A DNA stretch of 64,000 nt, from NCBI GenBank assembly GCA_030264375.1, contig JASCQW010000137.1, forward strand, positions 27,186,299 to 27,250,298, read 5' to 3'. A program made the translations under genes and the position numbers. Positions 51,580 to 62,860 of this stretch are shown one piece after another. The DNA is from Carcharhinus longimanus. Its lineage: Eukaryota. Positions within the stretch are counted from its first letter, which is position 1. Each line of letters opens with the position of its first letter. Under the pieces are notes generated by a model. It worked only from the letters and a program-made list of their open reading frames with translations, did no database searches and was not told the origin of the DNA.

Positions 51580-51880
51580 GGGCGGTATAATGGCACACTG
51601 GTTAGCATTGCTGCCTCACACCATCAGGGACCTGAGTTTGATTCCTAGCTTGGGTCACTGACTGTGCAGAGTCTATACATTCTCTTTGTGTCTGCGTGAG
51701 TTTCCTCTGTGTGCTCTGGTTTCCTCCCAAAAGATGTGTTAGTTAGGTGCATTGGCCACACTGAATTATCCCTCAGTGTAACCGAACATGCTCTGGAGTG
51801 TGGCAATTAGGGGGTTTTTTTACAGTAGCTTTCATTGCAGTGTTAATATAAGCCTACTTGTGACACTAATAAATAAATGT
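51580..51880 (+). mobile_element. V-SINE, second tail type, full length
   Basis: Head, V-domain, cattgcagtgttaatataagcctacttgtgacactaataaataaa. Confidence 0.88.
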
Positions 51881-54384
51881 GAAACTTTAAACTTAAATAT
51901 GCCTTTATATGGTGACTATCATGATGCAAAATTTGCCACTTACTCCAGAGCTGAATCCTACCCCAAATTCCATCTACAAGTCATCTGAGACTCCCCTTAA
52001 TGCAGGCAGTCTGATAGCACTTGGGTTTAACATCACAGGGAGTCTCATGTGGTATTAAATCTGGTACTCATGGGCCCGTCAGATTCCTCTCTTCTTTTTC
52101 GATTTAACCCACTATTTTAAATGGCCAAACATATACCTGAAGCATAAAAGCGCCATAATTATCTTTAAGTTGTGCTTTTCAGAAACTCTGTGTCCTGCTG
52201 AACAAGTTTTTATTTTCAAATGACATAATCAGTCTTGTCTGTGTCAGTTTTCAGAAAGAGAAACTGACTCATTAGTTGCTTGTTGACATAATCATAATCA
52301 TAATTTCAAAAATCTGTTTTAATTTTTTTAGTAACCATCCATCAATAATCCTGCATCTGCTGATTAAATTTCACGCTGGAACCAACAGTATAAATTTTTT
52401 CTGTCATGCATGGCAACTGTGACTGATAAGAGTGGATGATTTTGTTCTGTTGGCTGCTTATCTGTCAGCACAGCACTAACACTCTAAATGATCCCAAAGT
52501 GTTATCAGAGAAAGCTTAAATGCGAGATGTCAAATATGCAAGAAATGAGTTATGTGATAAAGGGGAAACGCATTCAGATTTTGTTTTTCTCCAAGGATTT
52601 ATTGACTAATGATTCCTACAAACATTAATGGTCACATACTTATAAGTGGAAGTAGGGCGCATTTCATAGAACTTCTGTATGCTCTTAGCATCTTTCTGTA
52701 ACGTTTCCCACCCTATCGATCTCTAAATGCTTGCCTGGGGCCATAATGTTCAGGCCAATAGTGTGATCGAATCCAAATTCTTTGGCTGCAGCATGCTGTG
52801 GTGGGAGAAGGCATGCAGAATTGGGATGGCATGGATAGTGTAATCAGTTTTTCCATGTAGGAGAACACACCACTCAACAGCTTAACTGGGAACAGCCTAA
52901 AGAGATGTGAAGCAATTCAGAACATTCCGATTAACTTGCTAACTCATTTCCCACCACCTCCAACGCACCAACCCATGGTGTATTCTCAGAAGAAGTGCGT
53001 CTGAAGTATGTTGCATTGCTATACCAAAGTTGGTTAGAAACATCTGCATGACATTCAGATAAAGGATATTGACAACAGGTTGAAGTTTAGGTTACCATAC
53101 ATGCAGCCGAGAAATAATCTGGCAACAAGTTAACATAAGGAATGGTGCAATAAGGAGTAGCTGACAAGAGTGCAAATGCTTTTGAGATAACAGGCAGGCG
53201 AGAGAAAATAATTAGAAAAACATGTAGCCTTTTCAAAAAAAGGCTTAAATAGAAATATACATCTGAGGACATCAAAGTGACATTGATATATCTTTAAAAC
53301 TATATAATTAAGAGATGTACACTTAATAGGCTGTAGGCTTAAAAGGATAACAAACTGAATTATGCATAGACAGAAAGGCAGTATCAATTACCGATCAATT
53401 ATCAATTACAAGACATGGATTTCAGCTAAACAGCAGTTGGTATATTATCATTGACCTTGGCATTCTTGCTGAGGTTGCCACTCAAGGCCTGTGGTTTATA
53501 TTACAAAAGGGTACATACATGGACATCAGGTGAGAGAACAGGATTAATCTTAATTACGATCAGGCAAGGTCGATAACATATTTCAAACTGGACTGTGGGA
53601 GCAAATGCAAGTTGATACTCGTCAAAGATAAATTTAAGATGCACACTAGGAAAATCTTTTTTTATATATATATTACAAACAGCAAAGGTCCCAGCACTGA
53701 TCCCAGAGGAACACCACTTGAGAAAGCGATCTACAAATGGCACAGACATCCAGGACAAGTAATGGAGGTGAAAACGCTGGAATATTCTAGGGAACGATTT
53801 AATGTTGATCTTTATATAATGGATTATGCTCCTCTGATATTATCTTGTGAATGGTAATGTGTTTAACCCGGATGGTGAAATAATAATTCCTTGAACTGGG
53901 AATTCTTTGAAAAACTTGGAAATTTAAGCAGATCATTAGACAGAGGAACTAATTCACAAACTCTTAAATGAGCTTCGACAGTAACTTACTTCTTATGTAA
54001 TACCTAGGACTTTGAATGGAAGAACCAGTGGTCTGCATTCCAATCCTGGCTTTGAAGCATTTATTAATATTTACTCTATTCCACCAAATTGTTCTTATTG
54101 CTTACTATGTTCCCTGCTTTTCTTGACTATTTTTATGAACATGGCAGTGCATTGGTCAGAGAATACTTAAAGCTTTTAGCTGCAGGAATAAATGTATGTT
54201 CAATGGATCTGACATATACATAACAGAAACAATTAATTTTATTCCTTTTCAGTAACTCAATTCCCAAATTAGATGACGTATCGAAAAGACAATAGACAAA
54301 TCTGCCGCTGGGTTCCTCGGAAATTATCACAGAAAGAGAATTATGATCCCACGTAAATATAATTGTTACAAATATTCTACTCAC

Positions 54385-54459
54385 CATAATCTTTCTTGCA
54401 ATATTTTTTCATATTTATTTTCAGTTTTCCCTTGGAAGCCTTGCAGTATGAGTCACAGT
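54385..54459 (-). CDS. NTN1: Netrin-1 penultimate coding exon (75 bp, start of the C345C domain)
   Basis: cccacaacAG|AC TGT GAC...GAT TAT G|GTGAGT encodes (D)[24 protein letters not shown]. It splices in frame (G+CT = Ala) to the exon starting at 19431. Confidence 0.96.
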
Positions 54460-55429
54460 CTGTTGTGGGATGGAGAAGTAAAAACACACACATTAGGCTA
54501 CAAAAAGACATGGTAAAAACAGCATTGCTCAGAATAGCTGAGTCCTTACGGAATCCATCTGCTGCTGCCAATTGTGTTGTCTAATAGGTCTTATAGAGCA
54601 TTCATAACGCCTTAATTTCTATAGAAAAAGTCACACAAAGAGCTCTGTCTGGTAAATACTTTGCTGTCTGCAGGCAGTCTTTGCCTTATTTGAGATCTGT
54701 AGGCCTCCCCTATTTACACCACCCAGGTCTCCTTTAAGCCACAGATTCCCCTCCTGTCAAAGTGGCACTGGCCCCTGATTAAGGCCCATAGATACCTCAT
54801 TGTCACCTCAACTCGGGCTTGTGTCAAACTTTGCTTTCTTTCCATGGAGCTTCTGACTACAGGTCATTCTCAAACAACAGAAGGTCAGGCAGGAAATGAG
54901 GAACCCATTGGGCATTAGCAATGCTTTTGGTGTCCTCTCAAGATAGGTGAACAAATAAATGTTCCACAAAGCACTTTTCATTTATATCGAGCCTGTTGCC
55001 TCTGCCTACTTTGTTGCTGCCTGCCTTTCCTCTACTTGGCTGGAGTGATAAGACACATTTGATATATTAGTTAACATACACATAAGTGAGTACATCCAAA
55101 TAAAACCTTTTGTTAGGACTGGATCCAGAGACTGTTAAAGTCATATTGCCTCCAGTGAGGCCCCCTCCACCAATATACATTTAAGTGGCTAGCAAAATAA
55201 AAATATAATGTGCCTCTGTTCTCACTCCTATGTCTCAAGAGGAATCATCCATGCATTTACTCAAAACAGCCCTTGCTCTGTCACTCTCACATGTAGAATG
55301 GGTTATCTATACACCTCTGGCAAAAGTAGGCAGGAGTATACTGCCACTCTGAGGCAATTTTCCACTCTCAAATCCTCATTGACATATAATTACTCACATA
55401 AAAATCCCCCTCTAGAATAGCCGTTTCCT

Positions 55430-55700
55430 GCACTGGAACTTACGCACTGATCACTGTATTTAACTATTCTGGCAGGTGAGCGGGACACATCTCATCGAAG
55501 CCCAATCCTGTCATCTATGCACATGCACCTCTAGCCAGGAATGGGTATGAAATGATTGCTGATCTTCCTCAGTCCAATGGTGACAAAGTTGATTCTAAAA
55601 ACCCTCAGCTGAGATCAGGTAACTTGGCACCTATCAAGAATTAATTCTAGGATCTTCTGGTCATGCTGACTCTGATTTGCACTGACTTTACCAATTGGGT
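55430..55700 (-). mobile_element. LF-SINE-like ancient SINE
   Basis: agcccaatcctgtc...gcacatgcacctctagccagg...cagctgagatcaggtaacttggcac...tcttctggtc matches the reverse complement of LF-SINE motifs (GACCAGGAAGG, GCTGATCTCAGCTG, GACAGGATCGGGCT). Confidence 0.55.
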
Positions 55701-56373
55701 CTTCACTCAGCCTCGTTGTCCTTCTTTAACTTGCTACTGTCTCTTCATTCCATATGACTTTCTTATACAATGTCTTGATCTGTCTTGTGGTGCTCTACTT
55801 TCAAGATAGTTTCTGTGGCAAACTACATACACACACATACACACACGCACATGCACAAATACATCCACATTGTTGGCTTTCAGTTGGTTAAATTGACCTA
55901 AATGTAGCTGTTGAGGCATCAGTCACTTTGTTGAAAATCAGCCAACCAGCAATTTGCCTGAGCTAGCTTAAAAGTCAGGAAATGAAATTTAAACAACTTA
56001 GGAAAGAAACCTGATGGCTGTGTTTTCATCAGTACGCATGAGATAATATTCCTTTTGGAAAAGATTGGTTTGGCCATAACGACATTGCAACAATGCTAAA
56101 TTTTTATTAAAGAAATAGATGACGCACCAGAAACTTAAAATTAACTTCAGCATTTCACAAACAAAATTACACGCAAGAAACAAAAAGACTCATTTCTTTT
56201 CCGACTTAAAAAATTCATTAGAAAACCAAATATATTTCACTCATAGCATCAACCAATGCATTGTTATAACCTTTCTTTTTGGAGCTTTTAAGGGCTAGAA
56301 TATGAACAAACTTCATTGTTTTTCTCTTAGCTCAGCCAGGGCTTTATTTTCTTTTATGTTTTGAGTGAAAGCG

Positions 56374-56387
56374 GTTGCCTAGGCAAC
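56374..56387. promoter_or_regulatory. Candidate RFX X-box
   Basis: Perfect 14 bp palindrome GTTGCCTAGGCAAC fitting GTNRCC-N0-3-RGYAAC, inside a repeat-free intronic block. Confidence 0.5.
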
Positions 56388-57646
56388 AGGGGAAAAAAAG
56401 AAAAAAGCAGAAACATTGCAAGTAATACAGAATTAGCCCCGAACAAAGCTAAATTCCGATCCAAATGGAAGTGAAGCCTGTGCTAACTCTGTTTACAATT
56501 AAGTTTTTTTAAAAAAGCACCAAGATTTCCCTGGTTCCTTACTTGCTGCTCATTCGAAAAATTACATTTAACAGATGCAGATGGGGCAGTGCGGCCTGGA
56601 ACTCGGGCATAAACCTCTATCTGTGGACAACCGAGTGCAAATGAGTGCACAGTAGCAGGGTTTTCTTCTTGTTCAACAAGATTGATTGAAAAACAAATTG
56701 CTGCAAATAAAGCATGTAATTAGATTAAAGCCCTCGCCCAAGTTACCAGGACTGAAACCAAATGGTTGGCATTTGAGGAGGCAAGGTCCAATTTGCATTT
56801 TTTTGTCCTCTGCTCTTTGCAGACAGTATGAAGCGACTTCTGGAACATTCTGTGCAAGCCGAAGGCATAAAGAAATATATTTTCTGAAGTACATCCTCGA
56901 GGAATCTGATTAAATATCAAAGGGCTAACTTTAAAATGAAGGCACTGGCCATGTTGATTAAATATTAGGCGTTCAGTTATGAAGCAAAAGCATAAACACT
57001 GGCCCCTTTTTTTTTGCCTCCTTGCGAATAATAGTACAGCTGTAAAGAATAGAGGGTCGCATGCCATCATTCATGACAGATAACAATGTCTGTTTTGTCC
57101 CGGACAAATGACTTCAAATTTTATATTTAACTGGATTATTTAACTGCCCTCATAACTCTGTGTGCTGTTCCCTGGAGGGGGTGGTGAAGACATCGAGGAC
57201 ATTTATCAGACCCAGCTCCTCACACCTGTTACACAGCTGTTCTGCATTCCTTTCCAGGTTGTTTGTATCACTGGATGTTTTAGAGAGATTTGTTTTTGGA
57301 GGCACCTGATGCACAAAGGCTGTAGCTTGTCAACCAAGTAAATTTCAACAAATCCTTTTCTTACAACTGAATATAGATTGTAGTTTGTGGGCATTTTGTG
57401 CCACCCCTAAGGCCAGCGATTTGGTAACACCGCCATCACTAAGATGTTAGCATTTTTCACCTCACAGCCTTCGAAAATTTACAGTTCCAGGACAGCAAAT
57501 TGGGTAAGTATAGACATTCACAGCATTTGCCATGGGACCCTGTACTGAGTTAAAACACTTGCATTAACCATCAGAACTAAATTTTTTACATAAAAAGGTG
57601 TCCCTAGATGAGAAATACAATGTATTAAGCAGAAAATATTAGTAAT

Positions 57647-57862
57647 GCTCACTATCTGTGCAGAGTCTGCACGTTTTCCCTGTGTCTGCGTGGGTTTCCT
57701 CCTACAGTCCGAAAGATGTGCTGGTTGGGTGCATCGGCCATGCTAAATTCTCTCTCTGTGTACCTGATCAGGCGCCAGAGTGTGGCAACTGGGGGTTTTC
57801 GCAGTAACTTCATTGCAATATTGATGTAAGCCTACTTGTCGCACTAATAAACAAACTTTAAA
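57647..57862 (+). mobile_element. V-SINE, 5'-truncated, second tail type
   Basis: gagtctgcacgttttccctgtgtctgcgtgggtttcctcc...cagtaacttcattgcaat...actaataaa. Confidence 0.85.
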
Positions 57863-58400
57863 CCTTATGTTCCTTTTCTTTTACTGGATTTTTGTGATCA
57901 GATTCCTTGGTTATAAACATATTTATAACAGCTGAACAACAGTTGATTTACTTCTCGTGATTCGCTGTAAAAGAAAATCAACTAGAACTTCCTAGAAGGT
58001 ATCAGGTGAATACAAGATATTTCCCTGCAGATGAGAAATAATCATGTCAATCAACTTACTTGAATCTAAAACTCCTGCAGAGTGGTTACAGAGTAATAAT
58101 GGGGCTAAGGAAGAGCTTGCTGATCAATCTCTGGCAATTTGTGTACAGATGGGGATAAAATCAAAACGTGCAGAGCAAGCATATGTTTCTTTTCTCCTGC
58201 TATTCTCCATAGAAGCTACCCTTAATCTCAGCAGAAACTTTCTAGCAGGCACTTACTTGCCTGAGGGAAGACATGATAATTGCAGAGTTTTGTTCACTGA
58301 CGTGGACCTTTTGCAATCCACTGGTGAACTGAGCATCACTAAAGTTGTTGGCCCCAATCCTTTAGGTCTCCAGGGCCTTGCTGGCAGCAGGAGTGGGTCA

Positions 58401-59325
58401 GAAATTCCACCCTTGACCTCACCCACACGAATCACATCATGCTTGTGTTACACACATTGAACTTTACAAGACGGTTCTGTTTTAAAATGCCTCCTTCAAT
58501 TTAAGGTGGAATTGAATGCTCCGGACTGGGTGGGGTGGTGGCATTCTAACTCTGCCCAGAGACAGGCCCATGTGATCTGGTAGGTATGGGGAAATAAACC
58601 CAAATTGGGACCTATTAAAAATCAAGGGACTGTTTTCACACCTTGACAAAGAGGGGCACAGCTGTTTTGTGAACGCAACTTTGTGTTAGTGTCACAAGCA
58701 GGCTTACATCAACACTGCAATGAAGTTACTGTGAAAATCCCCTAGCAGCCACACTTTGGCGTCTATTTGGGTAGATGAAGAGAGATAGACAAAAGGCACT
58801 GCTGCTTTGGGAGAAGAAACAGCTACTTCCATCAAGAGCAAGGTGAACAGCTCTTATGTTAAGAGGAGCGGCGCAATGATTAGAACTGTTGTGTCACAGC
58901 TTCAGGGACCTAGGTTCAATTCCAGCCTCAGGTGACTGTGTGGAATTTACACATTCTCCCTGTGTCTCCAGGTGCTTCGATTTCCTCCCACCATCCAAAG
59001 ATGTGCAGTTTAGGTGGATTAGCCATGAAAAATTGCCTCTTATTATAGGGGGATTAGTAGGGTATACACTTGAGGCTGCGGGGATAGGGCCCTGGCGTGA
59101 AAACAGTCACTTGATTTTCAATAGGTCTCGGTTTGAGTTTATTTCTCCATACCTAGCAGATCACATGGGCCTGTCTCTGGGCAGAATTAGTATGCCACCA
59201 ACCCCTAATCTAGAACATTCTATTTCACCTTAAATTAAAGGAGGCATTTTAAAACAGAACCATCCTGTAAAATTCAAGGTGTGTAACACAACTATGATGT
59301 GGGTGAGGTCAAGGGTGGAAATTTT
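58401..59325. repeat. Long local inverted repeat (arms ~58401-58642 and ~59097-59325)
   Basis: For example acggttctgttttaaaatgcctcctt / aaggaggcattttaaaacagaacc and tctgcccagagacaggcccatgtgatctg / cagatcacatgggcctgtctctgggcaga. Confidence 0.9.
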
Positions 59326-59385
59326 GGCCAATTTCTGCTCGATGGGCTGAATGGCCTCCTTCTGCACTGTAGGAATTTTATGTTT
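58866..59385 (+). mobile_element. HE1-like V-SINE interrupted by the right arm of the inverted repeat
   Basis: Head and V-domain run to ~59095 (gggatagggccctgg). The tail resumes at ~59337 (gctcgatgggctgaatggcctccttctgcactgtagg). Confidence 0.8.
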
Positions 59386-60269
59386 CGATTAATTAAGCAG
59401 AAGGCTTGAAAAAGTTAGTTTTCTGTTTAAAAGGAAGGGAACAGGAGTGAAAGAGCTTTGATATTTAAGGAACAAGGAGTTGTTGAAATGGGCCTTGCTG
59501 ATAAATGTTAATGCTGGAATACTCCAGCTAAGTGGAGCCATTTTTGGAGGTTATCAGTAGATTCGATCTGTCGTGGCAGGGAGAAGTAAGTGGCAGTACC
59601 TTAGGACTGTCCATCTACCACCCAGGCAGTGTACAGTAAATGAAGTTGAAAAGAGAAACCCCAGTGATGTTAATTAGTTAATGTGGAAGTAACTTTCCTT
59701 TCATTTGCCTGGTTATGGTGTGTGAAAGATGCTATAGAAATGCAAGTTCTTTGTTTTCTCTTGAACATATGACAATGATTTTGAAAGTAAAGAAGAGACA
59801 AATAAAAGAAACACAAAATACCAAAACCTTCCATTACAAGACATCTGCATCTGAATCCATAAAAATGTGGAGTGGAGACAAGTTTTTCATCTGTTTTATT
59901 GACTATAAGCAATTTTAATGGTTTGGATCTGGCTCCAACATGGAGAAGCTTGATTAGGTTGTGTCATACTTAATCGAGTAGCTGATCCGAAGCCAATTCA
60001 CTCACTGTTGATAAAAATGGAAAGCAGACTATATGTGCTCGCCCACTTGCAAGAGCAATGTATCCCTGTTAATAATCTGGTTTCAAAGTCAAGCTAATGC
60101 AAGGATCACATCCCAATCTGAATGACAAGCCTACTAAAGAAACCCCAAATATATGATCCCAGTCATTAAGTCAACTCCACCTGGCAATGGCGCAAACTCA
60201 CATGCTTGTCAGCCTCTAATTACGCCACTTGGGAAAGACAAAAAAAAATGCTGAAAAAAATCTTGTTGC

Positions 60270-61000
60270 CAATTCAGAAAAAACTGGGAAATTCTACCTT
60301 CTGCTTCCTAACACAGGGTGCCAGGCGAACGAAAGGTCATGATGACAGCTAACTAAATCCAACTGAAATGTGCTCTTCTCTTAGGAAGTTAATCTCCTCT
60401 TCAAAGCGCTGTAACAACTCCTTGCCCAGCACATATTTTGGTAAACTGTTCCAGAGGGGGATGACTTTCTGGAAAAATATATATTTCCTGGCACCTATCC
60501 TAGCTCTGGCAAATGTTTTTTTATGCAAACTCTCCAGCGAACCCCTTCATTGTTTCATTAAGTGCAACACTCCCACCTTTAGTCTATATTTCTCCACAGT
60601 AAGTACCGCTAGCTCTTGAAGCCTGTCCTTATAATTAGAGTTCAAGGGTTAGATATCATTAGTTCACCCTCCTCTGCACCTTTTCTGGAGACTCAATGTC
60701 CTTCACGATGTCAGAGAACCAAAACTGGATGCAGTGCAGAGCAACAAGGGTCTTATTTACCCAAGTGTACTACTTTGTACTTGATGGTTCAAGCAACATA
60801 ATCTCAACCTCTATTTTTTACTGCTTCTGCACTTTCAATGATACTGCATTTGTCCACATCATCTGCAAAAGGCAGACCCAATTCCCTAACTTGTCTTGAG
60901 TGATCCGAAAATCACAGATCTGGTCCGAGTTACTGGTCAGTAAATTTTGATATTGTGTATATTTCTGGGAGGTAGGAACATTGGTAAAAAATATTTGCAA
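60270..61000 (-). mobile_element. Very old CR1 LINE 3' fragment
   Basis: cagaaccaaaactggatgcagtg-like PHLEY..QFW block, tgtccacatcatctgcaaa (FADD) and ctgttccagaggggg. Confidence 0.55.
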
Positions 61001-61312
61001 TTCCGATGGGGATACCATTTGGGATCGCAAGAATGTTGAGTAAAGGTATTAAAAATATAGGATTGCATTTTTATAACGATGAATGCCAAATAAGTAAAAA
61101 AGCAAAGGGGACAATGTCAATGTTATAGCACCTGGGGAGGGCTCAGTTTCCAGAACCAATTCTTCAGGTTTCTATCCCCATTACCCTCTACTGGAAATGA
61201 CAAAAAAGTGTAACTAACTGTTTGAGTACTGGATTGCAACAGCCACCCAGAGTGCATGATCCCAGGGAGTCAGTGTCATCAGGAGAAAAAGAGAAAACAG
61301 TTGCTAGGCAAC

Positions 61313-62090
61313 CACGGTGTCACAGTGGTTAATACTGCTGCCTCACAGTGCCAGGGACCTGGGTTCGATTCCTGGCTTGGGTCACCATCTGCGGAGTCTG
61401 CACATTCTGCCCGTGCCTGCGTGGGTTTCAAAGAACAAAGAAAATTACAGCACAGGAACAGTCCCTTCAGCCCTCCAAGCCTGCACTGATCATGCGGCCT
61501 GACTCAACTAAAACCCCCTACCTTTCTGGGGACCATATCCCTCTATTCCCATCCTGTTCACGTATTTGTCAAGATGCCCCTTGAAAGTTACTACCGTTTC
61601 CACTTCTACTACTTCCCCGGCAATGAGTTCCAGGCATCCACCACCCTCTGTGTAAAAAATCTGCCTCGCACATCTCCTTTAAACCTTGCCCCTTGTGCCT
61701 CCGAGTAATTGACTCTTCCACCCTGGGAAAAAGCTTCTGATGAAACACTCTGTCCATGCCCCTCATAATCTTGTAGACTTCTATCAGGTCACCCCTCAAC
61801 CTCCATCGTTCCAATGAGAACAAACCAAGTCTCTCCAATCTCTCCTCTTAGCTAGTGCTCTCCATACCAGGCAATATCCTGGTAAATCTTTTCTGTACCT
61901 TCTCCAAAGCCTCCATCTCCTTCTGGTAGTGTGATGACCAGAATTGAACATTATATTCCAAGTGCGGCCTAACAAATGTTCTATAAAGCTGCAACATTAC
62001 TTGCCAATTTTTAAACTCAATGCCCCGGCCATTGAAGGCAAGCATGCTGTATGCCTTCTTGACTACCTTCTCCACCTGCGTTGCCACTTG
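61313..62090. mobile_element. V-SINE head (61313-61428, +) abutting a relatively young CR1 3' fragment (61430-62090, -)
   Basis: MATQVEKVVKKAYSMLAFNGRGIEFKNWQVMLQLYRTFVRPHLEY and LGLFSLERWRLRGDLIEVYKIMRG. Confidence 0.9.
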
Positions 62091-62104
62091 CGGAGAGGTG
62101 GTAG

Positions 62105-62860
62105 AAGAAGTTCAATGCAAAGAAATGTGAAATGATTTATTTCTGGTAGGAAGAACATGGAAATGTAATACAAAATAAAGGGCACAACTCAAAAGGGGGT
62201 GCAGGAACAAAAGGGCTTGGGTATATAAGTCACTGAAGGTGACAGGATAGGTTGAGAAAGTAGTTAATAAAGTGTACGGTACATAAATTAATAGAGGCAC
62301 AGAGTACAAGAGTAAAGAGGCTATGTTGAAATGATGAAGGACACTAATTTGGCCTCAGCTGGAGTATTGTGTTCAGTTCTGGGCATCGCACTTAAGGAAC
62401 AATGTGAAGGCTTTGGAAACAGTACAAAAAAGAGGCACAAGAATGGTTACAAAGGTGAGAAACTTCAGAGAAGAAAATAGATTGGATAGATAATTAGGAC
62501 TATTTTTCTTTGAGAAAAGAAGGCCGAGAGGAGATTTGAAAGAGATTCAAAATCATGAGGGGCCTGCATTCATTAGATAAAGAGAAATTATCGGCACAGT
62601 AGCACAGTGGTTAGTACTGCTGCTTCACAGCTCCAGGGGCTCGGGTTTGATTCCCGGCTTGGGTCACTGTCTGTGTGGAGTTTGCATATTCTCCTTATGT
62701 CTGTGTGGGTTACCTCTGGGTGCTCCGGTTTCCTCCCACAGTCCAAAGATGTGTGGGTTAGGTTGATTGGCCATGCTAAAAATTGCCCTTAGATGCGTAA
62801 ATTAGAGATTGTAGTGGGTAAATGTGGGGGGATGTAGGGGTAGAGCCTGGGTGGGATTTT
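62105..62860 (+). mobile_element. Older CR1 fragment (62105-62590) followed by a V-SINE (62594-62860)
   Basis: ggcctcagctggagtattgtgttcagttctggg (PQLEYCVQFW) and gagaaaagaaggccgagaggagatttga, then SINE head and V-domain. Confidence 0.85.

Larger units (their letters stand above)
19432..54384 (-). other. NTN1: NTN1 last intron (~35 kb, GT-AG, phase 1)
   Basis: Canonical donor at 54384-54383 and acceptor at 19433-19432 join two contiguous netrin-1 peptides. Confidence 0.9.

Noticed and set aside
54460-54571. 5' part of the 64 aa ORF before DCDSYC
   Set aside because: Intronic sequence upstream of the acceptor, with no netrin similarity.
58044-58460. 138 aa + strand ORF and overlapping 60 aa - strand ORF ending at a GTAAGT donor-like site
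   Set aside because: No similarity to the expected upstream netrin exon (KIPVAPPTTAASS-like linker) or any protein I recognise. That exon was not found and probably lies beyond the window.
61430-62590. Back-to-back CR1 fragments suggesting a twin-priming inversion
   Set aside because: Both cover the same ORF2 region and are clearly different in sequence and age, so they are independent insertions.
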